Shown here: piece by piece, positions 9,573-19,384 of the stretch | How the letters are laid out: every line of letters begins with the position of its first letter | How positions within the stretch are numbered: the first letter of the stretch is position 1 | DNA from: an uncultured Alphaproteobacteria bacterium | Lineage (GTDB): Bacteria > Pseudomonadota > Alphaproteobacteria > Rhizobiales > Hyphomicrobiaceae | DNA length: 64,000 nt | Reading direction: 5' to 3' | NCBI GenBank assembly: GCA_963758625.1 | Contig: CAVWWJ010000028.1 | Coordinates: forward strand, 15,256-79,255 | Notes under the pieces: generated by a model | What the model saw: only the letters and a program-made list of their open reading frames with translations | Told to the model about the DNA's origin: nothing | The model's database searches: none | Made by a program: the position numbers and the translations under genes

Positions 9573-9581
9573 AACATGGCC
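9573..9581. repeat. Left copy of the 9-bp target-site duplication AACATGGCC of the IS1595 element
   Basis: An identical 9-mer occurs at 10605..10613, directly flanking the inverted repeats of the IS. Confidence 0.65.
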
Positions 9582-10604
9582 CGTACCTCTCCCCTTAGTT
9601 CCGCCGGAATCGTGGGTAACATGAGGTCCAGCAAGGAGTTGGACCATGACGCAGCGCACCCCGGACGATCTTTGGCGTGATTTCCCCAAGACGGCGACGG
9701 AGTTCGAGAAGCGGTTTGCGACCGATGCGGACTGCCGGGCGTACTGGATCGAGGCGCGCTGGGGCGGCAAGCCGGCGTGCGCGCGCTGCGGCTCGACGTA
9801 CGTGTGGGCGATCCGCGACGGCACGACGTTCGAGTGCCGCGACTGCGACCATCAGACCAGCCTGACCGCGGGCACGGTGCTGGAAAAGACGCGCAAGCCC
9901 TTGAAGATGTGGTTCCGCGCCGTGTTCGAGATCTCGACGCGCCGCACCGGCATCTCGGCCATGGACCTGATGCGCATCATGGGGTTCGGCTCGTACAAGA
10001 CGGCGTGGAGCTGGCTGCACAAGCTGCGGGCGGCGCTGGTGCGGCCGGAGCGCGAGCCGCTCGGCCCTTTCGTGCAGATGGACGAGGCGCTGGTGGGGGG
10101 AAAAAGCGGCCCAAACAAGGAGCTGGTGCTGGTGGCGGCGGAGGTGGACGGCCGCGTGCGCCTCGCCCACGCCGAGACCAACGATAAGGCGACGCTCAGG
10201 CGCTTCGCCGACGGGCAGGTCGCGCCCGACGCGCGGATCGTCACGGACGGGCTGGCCAGCTACGATGGCGACAGCCTGGGTGCGCGGCCCTACCAGAGGA
10301 TCGTTCAGACCAAGGCCGAGCGGCGCCAGGGCGATGCCCTGCAGGTCTGCCACTGGACCATCTCGCTGCTGAAGCGCTGGCTGCTCGGCACGCACGCGGG
10401 CGCGGTCGGCTCGAAGCACCTGCAGGCCTACCTCGACGAGTTCGCCTTCCGCCACAACCGGCGCAGAACCAAGGGTGTCGGCCGGATCGCGGCGCGCGTC
10501 ATCGAGCGGCTCGTGGCGCGCCAGCCGCTGACCATGCGTTCGCTGATCGACGACACACGCCGCTGCCGCTGGTTTCGGTTACCTGCGCTAACGGCATAGG
10601 TATG
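9582..10604 (+). mobile_element. IS1595-family insertion sequence (1023 bp)
   Basis: The left end is CGTACCTCTCCCCTTAGTTCCG. The reverse complement of the right end is CATACCTATGCCGTTAGCGCAG. These match at 15 of 22 positions. The element is flanked by AACATGGCC direct repeats, contains a single transposase ORF, and the transposase stop lies inside the right inverted repeat. Confidence 0.7.
9646..10599 (+). CDS. IS1595-family transposase (N-terminal zinc-ribbon, ISXO2-like DDE domain)
   Basis: The 317-aa ORF is intact. It reads CRAYWIEARWGGKPACARCGSTYVWAIRDGTTFECRDCDHQTSLTAGTVLEKTRKPLKMWF...YKTAWSWLHKLR...HLQAYLDEFAFRHNRR. Confidence 0.9.
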   Translation: MTQRTPDDLWRDFPKTATEFEKRFATDADCRAYWIEARWGGKPACARCGSTYVWAIRDGTTFECRDCDHQTSLTAGTVLEKTRKPLKMWFRAVFEISTRRTGISAMDLMRIMGFGSYKTAWSWLHKLRAALVRPEREPLGPFVQMDEALVGGKSGPNKELVLVAAEVDGRVRLAHAETNDKATLRRFADGQVAPDARIVTDGLASYDGDSLGARPYQRIVQTKAERRQGDALQVCHWTISLLKRWLLGTHAGAVGSKHLQAYLDEFAFRHNRRRTKGVGRIAARVIERLVARQPLTMRSLIDDTRRCRWFRLPALTA

Positions 10605-10613
10605 AACATGGCC
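10605..10613. repeat. Right copy of the 9-bp target-site duplication AACATGGCC
   Basis: See the entry at 9573..9581. Confidence 0.65.
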
Positions 10614-10890
10614 TGCCTCCTCCGTTTCTGAATGATGCTTCTAGATACCAGGAAGCACGCTTGCCGCACACGGTGATATTCCGTGCCATGCTGCCAGCTG
10701 TTGCGCCCGAACTCTTCAGCCTTGACGACGCGGTGAGGTGACGGGTCATCGAGGACCCGATCGGCCACGCCTTTTCACCTTTGTCCTGGCGAAAGGCCGC
10801 GACGGGCTGGACTTTGTGCTGGTACGGCAGCCAACATCCCAGCGCATTTGCGGCGTCGCGGTCGTCGGCAACGCGCGGGTGTCGGGCATC

Positions 10891-10917
10891 GCACCGACGC
10901 TCTCGGCACGTCTCTTG
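10891..10917. repeat. 27-nt direct repeat, copy 1 (GCACCGACGCTCTCGGCACGTCTCTTG)
   Basis: It matches 11147..11173 at 26 of 27 positions in the same orientation. It lies in a region with no credible gene. Confidence 0.8.
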
Positions 10918-11146
10918 CCGACCTTATCACGTACCAGCCCGACGCTTCGCTCGCACTCTTCCGCCAACACGGCTTCCGCCACAAGTGGATGCTGGAGCTG
11001 CATATGGAAGGTCTGCGCAAGGCGGGGTTGCGGGAAGAATAGCCAGGCCAATCACTGCGGCGACGTTGCTGCGCTATAGCGTGTCGGGCTGGCCACGCTG
11101 CAAGCGCGCGCGAGCCACACGGTCGATCAGGGTCAAGGGCGGACTG

Positions 11147-11173
11147 GCACCGACACTCTCGGCACGTCTCTTG
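11147..11173. repeat. 27-nt direct repeat, copy 2 (GCACCGACACTCTCGGCACGTCTCTTG)
   Basis: See the entry at 10891..10917. Confidence 0.8.
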
Positions 11174-11453
11174 TACCCCCGAATAGCTGTCGAAATTGTT
11201 GCGCTGCCGAAGTCTTCAGCCCTGTGCCACAAGCCGAACAAGCCGTTAGCTGATATTCTCAGCGCGTGTGTTTTCTGGGGTACGTCGCAATCAAGTCGCG
11301 CCCGTGCGGCCGAACGACACCCAGGCGGTGCCGAGAATGGGATGGTTCGCAAGCGGCACGGATTCCAGGCCAAGCACACAAGGCATGGGCCGATCGTAGG
11401 TAGGGAAGTTGGGCCGTGGCACTGCGAACGCAAAGCAGCGGAGCACGGAGTTG

Positions 11454-12347
11454 CTAGAATTTCAGCGTTAGGCCCAACAGTGGACCGTGTTGCACCACAT
11501 CGTATTCGTACCGGTTGACACCCGACCCCTTTTCAAAGTCCACACTGAGTGCCCGATATCCCAACATGCCGGAATAGGTCACGCCGTAGTGGACGCCGAT
11601 TTGCCAGCTGTAGGTGGCAAGCACGTTCCAGGAGAATTGGCTCCCTGCGTCGAAGCCGCCGACATCACCCCGCAACAGCAACTCCTGGCCAGGTACCAAC
11701 TGGTGCCGGATCCTCAGCCCAACGAGGGGATCAACCCAGTCCACTCCGCGGGCGCGAGCAATGGCCCGGTCTCTGGACAAGTCCAACCCGGCGATATCGA
11801 GCGTGGTCGTCAGCGCAAGGTTGATGGCAACGTTCTGATGCCAGTAGCGGGCGCCGGCCAAAACATCGATGGCGGTAGACCCGGCGAACGCATTCCACCT
11901 TGCGATCTCGTAGGTTGCGCCGAGTTCGATAATCGTTTGTTCGATGTCCACGCCGAGCGCGGCATCGAGCGAGACGCGCCCAAAGGACCTCGCGACATTG
12001 GCGTCGACGCCGAGCGGGGCATAGAAGACGTCGTTGTAGAAGCTGAGCCGGCCGTGGCGCGCCTCGGCATAGCTCATCCACGGTACGCCATCGAGATGCT
12101 CCAGAACCTTGAAGGGGCCGACATCGATGTCGGTGGTTCTGCCCTTCACGGTCGTGTCGCCGCTGAGCCCGGCGAGCCAGCTGTAAGGCGTGAGGGTCAG
12201 GGTCCATTGGCGGACTGGCGGCCACACGTCTGCCACCGGCGGCGGACCAGCGCCCAAGTCCGCGCTCAACGCCGTACTTGTTCCGCCCAGGAGCGCGCAC
12301 GCTCCGACAATGAGCCCTTGACGCACCTTTTGATGAGATCCAGCCAT
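11454..12347 (-). CDS. Outer-membrane beta-barrel protein
   Basis: In ORF 11454..12401 the preferred start is MAGSHQKVRQGLIVGACALLGGTSTALSADL, which is a signal peptide. The sequence shows an alternating amphipathic strand pattern and the C-terminal barrel signature GPLLGLTLKF. Confidence 0.65.
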   Translation of the reverse strand: MAGSHQKVRQGLIVGACALLGGTSTALSADLGAGPPPVADVWPPVRQWTLTLTPYSWLAGLSGDTTVKGRTTDIDVGPFKVLEHLDGVPWMSYAEARHGRLSFYNDVFYAPLGVDANVARSFGRVSLDAALGVDIEQTIIELGATYEIARWNAFAGSTAIDVLAGARYWHQNVAINLALTTTLDIAGLDLSRDRAIARARGVDWVDPLVGLRIRHQLVPGQELLLRGDVGGFDAGSQFSWNVLATYSWQIGVHYGVTYSGMLGYRALSVDFEKGSGVNRYEYDVVQHGPLLGLTLKF

Positions 12348-12806
12348 TAGAGCCCCCGCCCGGTACCGATAGCCCGGACCATCGACCTTCCGAGATGTCA
12401 ATGTCGCTAGTCAAAGTCGCGAGCGGCATAAATCAGAAACGTCCTTCCGCTCGCCTTCGTGGGCTCGATCAATCAGGGCAGTCTCGTTTTCGCAACTGTC
12501 AGCTATCAGACGGCTGACTTGGGCTCGGCCGGAAAAAATGAGCAGCTCGCGCTGTGCGACGATCAGGGCGCCCTGAGTTCGCGGGTTCAGGCTGCAATGG
12601 AACAGCGTATGGTTTGACCACGGTGTTTCGTGGTGCCTCCTTTGGTTGGTGTGAGCAAGTGCCTGATATTTGGTCATGAATTACCGGCCACATGCAGCAT
12701 ATTGATCACAGTCTCACCGCGCCCCCGGCGATAGTCTTGGCGCTCGGTAGGACCGCATCGCCGGTCCATCGAAGAATGCAGCGAAGCGCAATCGGGGGGC
12801 GGCGCC

Positions 12807-13538
12807 ATGCGTCGATGCTTGTTTTCCATCCTTATGCTGTTTGGGGCATTCTCCGGAGTCCGGGCGTCATGCATCGATCCCTCGACGCTCGTCCACACCA
12901 CGGTCAGCATCACGCGCCATTTCGGCGAGGAAGAACGACAGCCGGCACCGGCCATACTCGGCATACAAGGTACCGGTTGGTTCTTCGCCTCGCGATTGAT
13001 CGTAACCGCGGGGCATGTTGCCGAGGCCATGCATCTCTCCGGCAGAGATTGGAAGGAGATCGAGATTCGCGAGAGGGAGAGCAAGGTGTCGCTTCCCGCT
13101 CGCATCCTCCGCGTTGCGGGTTCGCACTCCGAGAAAATGGCCGTCCTCGAACTGAGGACCGCGTTTGCAGGCGCCGCCGCGCTCTCGATCAGGACCGAGC
13201 CCCTCGTTTCGGAGGAACTCGTTGTCAGTCTTGCCTACCCCAACAGTCACCTGCGCTTTGCTCAGGGTCGGTTCGTTCGATATGGAGCCGAAGCGAGGTT
13301 CGCCGGCGCAGCGCTGCTGGAGATGCACGACGGGAACGACCGACTCGTGCTCGATCACGGCGCTTCCGGTGCGCCTGTGCTCGATTGCAAGGGCAGAGTG
13401 GTGGCGGTCGTCAGCACGTTGATTACGCAGACGCTACGTTTGCCGTCCGGTGCGGTGCGTGTCTCGACGGCGTGGCAAACCCCCAACGTTCTTTCTATAC
13501 CCGCTGAGGTGCTGAAGGATTTTTCCTGGTCCGAATGA
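12807..13538 (+). CDS. Secreted trypsin-like (S1/S1C-type) serine peptidase
   Basis: The signal peptide is MRRCLFSILMLFGAFSGVRA. The His motif is IVTAGHVAE and the Ser motif is DHGASGAPVLD. The ORF is intact. Confidence 0.75.
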   Translation: MRRCLFSILMLFGAFSGVRASCIDPSTLVHTTVSITRHFGEEERQPAPAILGIQGTGWFFASRLIVTAGHVAEAMHLSGRDWKEIEIRERESKVSLPARILRVAGSHSEKMAVLELRTAFAGAAALSIRTEPLVSEELVVSLAYPNSHLRFAQGRFVRYGAEARFAGAALLEMHDGNDRLVLDHGASGAPVLDCKGRVVAVVSTLITQTLRLPSGAVRVSTAWQTPNVLSIPAEVLKDFSWSE

Positions 13539-13752
13539 GCACCACTGCATAGCCGAGCCCTACTCGACGACGCGCCTCCCCCTGTTGGGGAATCGACGCA
13601 CTGAATTCGCGGGGTTCACCCGAGCGCATTTCCCTTCGGCGGAAATTACACCCTCTGATCCATGCAGAGTTGCGCGGCCCCCCTTAGGGGCGCCGAAGCG
13701 CGGCGGTCACGCCTGCGCGGCCGCGGGCGATGCCCATTAGGAGGAGAACGAC

Positions 13753-15561
13753 ATGACCACTGGCTCGCACGACAAACCGCAAGACGGCACGCCGCGCAAC
13801 CGCAGAGGAATAAAGCGGCGGGATCTGCTGCTCAGCGGAGGCTCGCTCGCGGCCGCGTCGGCGTTGTCGGCGACCGGCCTCGGAAGGAGGGCGCAAGCCC
13901 AGCAACAAGCTCCGGCACAGGCGGCCAGGTCGGGGCAGCGGCCGAACATCCTGTTCATCATGGGAGACGACATCGGCTGGATGCAGCCGAGCATCTACCA
14001 CCGCGGCCTGATGGTCGGCGAAACGCCCAACATCGACCGCATCGGACACGATGGCGCGATGTTCACGGACTACTATGCCGAGCAGAGCTGCACGGCGGGG
14101 CGTTGTGCCTTTATCACCGGAATGAATCCCCTGCGAGCCGGCATGATCATGCCGCAGCTCCCCGGCAGCCCGTCATATCTGAAGCCCGGCACCCCGACGC
14201 TCGCCCGGTTTCTGCTCGATCTCGGCTACACCACTGGCGAGTTCGGCAAGAACCACCTCGGTGATCACACCGACGCGCTGCCGACGGCGCACGGCTTCCA
14301 AGAGTTCTGGGGCTACCTCTATCACCTCGACGCGATGCAGCAGGTGAGCTTCCTTGACATCAACAGGACACCGACCGAACAGGGAATTGCTCCACCCTGC
14401 AGGAACACACCGGTCCCCGGCCTGACCGAGGTCCCCGGCGCTGTGGATCCGAAGACGACGATTTGCTTGACGCCGCCGCGCAACGTGCTGTCGTGCAAGT
14501 CCTCCGACGGTACGGCACGGAACCAGCGCGTCACCGATGAGGGCCCGCTGACGCTCGAGCGCTCGAAAACCGTGGACGAGGAAATCTCCGCCAAGGTCGT
14601 CGACTTCCTCGACCGCAACGACCCGAGAAAGACGAACAAGCCGTTCTTCGTTTGGTACAACCCGGCGCGAATGCACATCACCACCGTGCTGTCGGACAAG
14701 TACATGGCCATGGTGGGTGAGCGCGGCGGCAAGGACTGGGGCGTCAACGAAGCCGGCATGAAGCAGATGGACGACAACATCGGCCTCGTGCTGAAGAAGA
14801 TCGACGACATGGGCCAGACCGACAACACCATCGTCGTCTTCACCACCGACAACGGCGCCGAGACCGAAACCTTCCCGGACGGTGGCACGACCCCCTTCAA
14901 GGGCGGGAAGTTGACCACCTGGGAAGGCGGCATGCGCGCTCCGATGGTCATTCGCTGGCCGGGCATCATCAAGCCGGGCACGGTTCACAAGCAGCTGTTC
15001 TCCGGCCTCGACTGGGTGCCCACGCTTGTCGATATCGCCGGCGGGCCCAAGGGCGACGCGTTGAAGAAACAGATCGAGGCCGGCGGGTACCCCGCCATTC
15101 TCAAGACCACGCTCGACGGCGTCAACCAGCGAGACTTCCTGGAAGGCAAGTCGGAGAAGTCGGCACGCGAGGTTATCTTCTACTATTCCGGCAAGGACCC
15201 TTCCGCAGTCCGGTATAAGAATTGGAAGATGTACTTCGCGATGGTGTCCGACTCACCAGCGGGTTTCGTTACGGGCGTGGTCCCCTACCACTGGACCCAG
15301 ATCGTCAACATCAAACGCGATCCCTTCGAGACGTCCATTGGACAGCAACAAAAGACGCTCATGGGTATGGGCGGAGCGCTCGCTGGACCCGTCACTGCTT
15401 ACCAATATGACTGGAACATGCTGCCTATCGGCCAGCAGCTGTGGCTGAAGGAGCTCGAGACATACGTCGCCTTCCCGCCACTGCAGAACCCGTCGAGCTA
15501 CAATCTGGAACAGGTCATGCAGCAGGTCCGGGAAATGAAAACGAGCGGTCGCGCAGACTAG
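13753..15561 (+). CDS. Arylsulfatase (formylglycine-type sulfatase) with a twin-arginine signal
   Basis: The RBS context is AGGAGGAGAACGAC before the ATG. The Tat motif is RRGIKRRDLLL. The sequence reads NILFIMGDDIGW and has the sulfatase motif SCTAGRCAFITG, followed by GKNHLGD...VVFTTDNGAE. The 602-aa ORF is intact. Confidence 0.9.
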   Translation: MTTGSHDKPQDGTPRNRRGIKRRDLLLSGGSLAAASALSATGLGRRAQAQQQAPAQAARSGQRPNILFIMGDDIGWMQPSIYHRGLMVGETPNIDRIGHDGAMFTDYYAEQSCTAGRCAFITGMNPLRAGMIMPQLPGSPSYLKPGTPTLARFLLDLGYTTGEFGKNHLGDHTDALPTAHGFQEFWGYLYHLDAMQQVSFLDINRTPTEQGIAPPCRNTPVPGLTEVPGAVDPKTTICLTPPRNVLSCKSSDGTARNQRVTDEGPLTLERSKTVDEEISAKVVDFLDRNDPRKTNKPFFVWYNPARMHITTVLSDKYMAMVGERGGKDWGVNEAGMKQMDDNIGLVLKKIDDMGQTDNTIVVFTTDNGAETETFPDGGTTPFKGGKLTTWEGGMRAPMVIRWPGIIKPGTVHKQLFSGLDWVPTLVDIAGGPKGDALKKQIEAGGYPAILKTTLDGVNQRDFLEGKSEKSAREVIFYYSGKDPSAVRYKNWKMYFAMVSDSPAGFVTGVVPYHWTQIVNIKRDPFETSIGQQQKTLMGMGGALAGPVTAYQYDWNMLPIGQQLWLKELETYVAFPPLQNPSSYNLEQVMQQVREMKTSGRAD

Positions 15562-15589
15562 CCGGCGTTGAGCGACGTGACGCGACCTA

Positions 15590-15612
15590 GCGGACGCCCA
15601 TGGGGCGTCCGC
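15590..15612 (+). terminator. GC-rich hairpin downstream of the arylsulfatase gene
   Basis: GCGGACGCCC-ATG-GGGCGTCCGC forms a perfect 10-bp stem 29 nt after the stop. There is no U-tract, so terminator function is uncertain. Confidence 0.4.
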
Positions 15613-16574
15613 ACCCCCGAGATGGTGCAAGAGAGACATAAAGGGGTACCCGGACCATGCTTACGACCCCGAGCGTCTACCTCATATGAACCACCGTGAC
15701 GCGAGCGGCGAAGCAGCATTCCCCGCCCAAAGGAAGCGCTATGATCTCTACCCCCCGCTTTCTCCGGTATCCGCCGCCGCGTCCTGCTCTCTACCTTGGC
15801 GGCACTTCCAGTGCTTACGGGAGCATTCCCCCGCACGTTCGCGCTGGCACAAAGCCCCGATCCGCCGTGAGCATCCGCAGCATGGTGCGTGAGCGGCGTG
15901 GTGGTGCTTACTCGGGGGATTGAGTGATGCGAGCGAACGCAAAGCCCCCGCCCGAGCGGGGGCCCACGTCCTCCTTGCTTGCTCGGTGCAAAGAGCGCAT
16001 CGTGACACCATACCGCCAACCGGATGGACCGCGACCGGAGCGCCATCATCCAAGAGGTGCCAGGGCGAGGAAAGCTACCCGCTGGCCTTCCTGGCGTTCG
16101 CCACCATGATCGCGATAGCGACCGCGAATTCCGGTGACGAACCCGACCACGGCCGCGTCATGCGTTACCAAGTCAAACCACCTGAAACCAAGCATGGCGA
16201 TCAGTACAGTGGTCCTCAACGCAAAGCCGTTTGACGACGCCGTAGGGGCAATCGCAGATTAACCACGGGCCACTTCTTGGGGTTTGTGCGGAGTGCACGC
16301 CCGCTGCCTTGGGGGAATAATCTTCGTCGCACTCAATGAGGTGTTGCTGGAGCGCGGTATCTCGCGCGACCGGATCGCTACTTTCGTCATGGTTCCAGGG
16401 CAGACGAGACGATAGTGACGCCGGGCGCCCCTATGCACTCTCGGTTGACAATCAAACTTGCGCGTCTGCCCCTGGGCGTAGCGCCTCGCTCGCCGGAAGC
16501 CGACGTTGCGCAGTGGTTCCCGGGCCGGACAAGCCCTATCGTTGGCATGGCAACGGGGCTACAAAAGGAGAGTC

Positions 16575-17042
16575 ATGAGCTACCTTCAGCGCGTCTTGCA
16601 ACCCGGTGAGCAGGTCCGGCACATCTCGTCAATTCATTGGATAGGGTACGGGCCCGGTGTTGCGGTTGCAGTCCTAGCGGGGGTCGCTTATTGGCTCAGT
16701 GGATCGCGGCTACTGCCGGAAATTTGGCGGTATACGGCATACGCTCTCGCGCTCGTTGCTGTCGTTCTTCTGATCAAGCAATGGTTCCACTGGTTGGTAA
16801 CCGAGATCGCAGTCACCAACCGGCGGGTTATCTACAAGAAAGGTCTCATCCGGCGGCAGACCAACGAGATGAACATGGACAAGGTCGAGAGCGTCCAGAT
16901 CGATCAATCAATCCTCGGGCGCATGCTCGACTATGGCGATCTGGCGATCCTTGGCACCGGCGAAGGCCTTGAGGCGCTCCGCACCATCGCCAGCCCAATC
17001 GAGCTTCGAAACAGCATCACGGGAAAGACGCACAAAGCGTGA
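16575..17042 (+). CDS. Bacterial PH-domain (bPH_2/YdbT-like) membrane protein
   Basis: ATG 16575 is preceded by AAGGAG. There are two TM helices, then TEIAVTNRRVIYKKGLIRRQTNEMNMDKVESVQIDQSILGRMLDYGDLAILGTG. Confidence 0.75.
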   Translation: MSYLQRVLQPGEQVRHISSIHWIGYGPGVAVAVLAGVAYWLSGSRLLPEIWRYTAYALALVAVVLLIKQWFHWLVTEIAVTNRRVIYKKGLIRRQTNEMNMDKVESVQIDQSILGRMLDYGDLAILGTGEGLEALRTIASPIELRNSITGKTHKA

Positions 17043-17378
17043 CGCTTCAAGCAGATGCGGCGGCGGCAAGTTGGAGTTTGGTGCGTCATCACGCATTGCG
17101 CAGCTCAGCCGCCCAGCCGACGCGCTTTCGCGCCGGCACCGGCATCAACTCCAGCATGCGCAGGAACACGTCGAAACGTAGGGCTGCTTTGGCGCAGGTC
17201 CTCGGACGCCGTATCGATGACGGTGCCGCGCACTCCGTCAAGACGGCGTCCGAGAATACGCACATCACCACCTGTCTTTCCAGGGTTCATCCTGATCTGT
17301 CCGTCGCAGCGCCCGCAGTAGGCTCTCCGTTGCTGTGCAGCGACACAGACCTCAAAGATCGGCAGAACGCGATAGAAG

Positions 17379-17786
17379 GTGCTGACCATGCGAAACCCGC
17401 TCTATGCCAGCCTGATTGCATTGCTTTTGACGTCCGCCGCCACGACGGATGTCCGTGCGCAGACAGCTGGTGAAACTAAGCTCGGTGTGACCGTCATAGA
17501 GCTAAACGACGTCATCAAGGGATGGAGCGCGCGACGCCAAATACTCGGCCACAACGTCTACAACGACAAGAACGAGAAGATCGGCGAGGTCGAGGATATC
17601 ATCATAACCCCAGAGCGTTTTGCTTCGTACGCGATCGTCAGCACGGGAGGCTTTCTCGGCATAGGCTCGCACGACGTGGCTATCCCAGCCGCGCAGCTCA
17701 AGGTGAGCAATGATCGGCTAGTGCTGGCTGGGGCAACCAAAGAAAAGTTACGCGCCATGCCGCGTTTCGAATACACCCGCAAATAG
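17379..17786 (+). CDS. Secreted PRC-barrel domain protein
   Basis: A signal peptide ends in VRAQ. The sequence reads LGHNVYNDKNEKIGEVEDIIITPERFASYAIVSTGGFLGIGSHDVAIP. Confidence 0.75.
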   Translation: MLTMRNPLYASLIALLLTSAATTDVRAQTAGETKLGVTVIELNDVIKGWSARRQILGHNVYNDKNEKIGEVEDIIITPERFASYAIVSTGGFLGIGSHDVAIPAAQLKVSNDRLVLAGATKEKLRAMPRFEYTRK

Positions 17787-17810
17787 GATCGTGAACCTTT
17801 CCGGCCCGCG

Positions 17811-18083
17811 ATGCTAGCACCGCGGGCATGGCCGGGAGCGCACCGGCAGCGCCTGGAATACACGCAGGCCGGCGACGGGGCGCGACTGGCGATGCTGGTG
17901 ATGCACGACGACGACAGACGCGAGTACGCCTACGGGCCAGCTCAGGGATTGCCCGACACCAAGGTTGGCAGGTTCACTCAGGAGTTCTACGACGAGGCGA
18001 AGAGGAAGGGTTGGACCGTCATCAGCGTCAAAAACGATTGGAAGGAAGTGTTTGCGAGCGGGATCGGTCGTGCGATCAAGTGA
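17811..18083 (+). pseudogene. C-terminal fragment of a HAD-family hydrolase
   Basis: LEYTQAGDGARLAMLVMHDDDRREYAYGP...EAKRKGWTVISVKNDWKEVF matches only the last ~70 aa of HAD-type (phosphatase-like) proteins common in Rhizobiales. No N-terminal DxD region lies upstream. Confidence 0.5.
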
Positions 18084-18164
18084 GATCCGTGATGGTCTGA
18101 TTTAAGGTTCGTCGAGTAATCGTCGAGTGGCACTATCGTCCAAAATCATCACCGGGAGGTTCAA

Positions 18165-18440
18165 CTGACCTGTCACCCAACATCTCTGGCGGTTGCAGTC
18201 ATCACCTCATGCTGGTGTTGCGCGCTTGTCCCTGTCGCCGCTCAGCAAGAGAGGCCCGCAGAGATCGTAGCCGCTCAGATTCGCTCGCAGGGCTACCGGT
18301 GCGACGGTCCCACACGCGCGGAACATGAGGGCAGACTTTCGAAGCCCGACGAGAAGGTGTGGGTGCTGCGCTGCGCCAACGCCACCTACCGGGTCAGGCT
18401 CATCCCGGATCAAGCCGCGCACGTGGAACGGATCGATTAG
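18165..18440 (+). CDS. Small secreted hypothetical protein; 5' end unclear
   Basis: My manual translation is ...LAVAVITSCWCCALVPVAAQQERPAEIVAAQIRSQGYRCDGPTRAEHEGRLSKPDEKVWVLRCANATYRVRLIPDQAAHVERID*. There is no canonical in-frame start, so a frame break near the start is possible. Confidence 0.3.
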   Translation: MTCHPTSLAVAVITSCWCCALVPVAAQQERPAEIVAAQIRSQGYRCDGPTRAEHEGRLSKPDEKVWVLRCANATYRVRLIPDQAAHVERID

Positions 18441-18859
18441 ATCACGTCCCCGTCGAGCGACGACAGAGGTCCCGAGGCAGCCAAACCATTCGCGGATAGG
18501 CAACAGGAGGCTATCCCGGCGAAGACGGTCGTGGAATTCCAGCACAAGCCTTGCCGTGCTGAGCAACGCCCTGGGGGTGGAAATCCGATGGACGGCATGC
18601 CGATTTTAACGCGAGACGTGTTGGCACGCGGTTGAGCCAATCGGGTGGGCCGTCGTTACGCCCAATGTCGCGGGGCTGAGGCTACCACGACCCAGTTCTT
18701 GGGACTTCGTCCAACGCCAAGGCTTCTGTCCGACGCGCCGAGGCTGTCACCGCGCGAGCGGGCGGCCTTGAGGCTCATCGTGTGCGGCTCCGCGGTTCAA
18801 TGTATCAGTGCGTTCGGCCGAGAAATTTCTTGACCGCCGCGTGCTGCAATCTGTCCATC

Positions 18860-19302
18860 ATGACGACGACAAATCACCGACCTCGATGACTTCAAGGGGC
18901 TCGACCCGTTCTTTCGCATCATCGAGAAGGGCCTCGAAGGCATTGCGGATGGTGGGCACTTCTTCGACCTGCTGGCCGAAGACGTCATCTTCGACTACAT
19001 CATCACAAATCTCCGGCTACCCAAGGCGAGTCAAAGGCCGCAAGGCCGTCGCCGAGCTCTACCGCCCTTACGGCACCATGATCGTCCTAGACCGATGTCA
19101 CGACCTCGCCGTCCATCACGACATCAAGACCGGCGTCGTGGTGCTCGAGTACGCCTCCGAAGGCCGCGTCGTTCCGACCGGGGCCCCTTACACCAACCGG
19201 TACATCTCGGTACTCACGATCAGCGATCGTAAGGTCACTCACTGGCGCGACTACCTCGACCCCGTGGCGGTCTTCGACGCGCTCGGATGGCCGTCACGTT
19301 GA
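18860..19302 (+). pseudogene. SnoaL/NTF2-like protein, frame-disrupted
   Basis: ATG 18860 (MTTTN) is in one frame. ITDLDDFKGLDPFFRIIEKGLEGIADGGHFFDLLAEDVIFDYIITNL is in a second frame. GYPRRVKGRKAVAELYRPYG...YISVLTISDRKVTHWRDYLDP is in the frame of ORF 18808..19302. Confidence 0.65.
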
Positions 19303-19384
19303 TGGACGGCGCGAGCGTTCTGGAGACTTTGACTGAAGCCGGAGAGGGACCTCGACCCCGAGCCTGCGCATACACACGGCCTTC

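Noticed and set aside
9062-9634. 190-aa minus-strand ORF overlapping the Bug gene
   Set aside because: Only the ~21 codons starting at ATG 9577 (MLGSPKRSLVVAVFAAWGVLF) look real, as the likely original Bug signal peptide. The rest is out-of-frame Bug sequence.
10614-11453. ORFs 10746..11051, 10781..11518 and 11074..11433 as genes
   Set aside because: They are mutually overlapping, have no recognisable motifs, and have poor or absent start contexts. I treated the region as non-coding or decayed DNA containing the 27-nt direct repeat.
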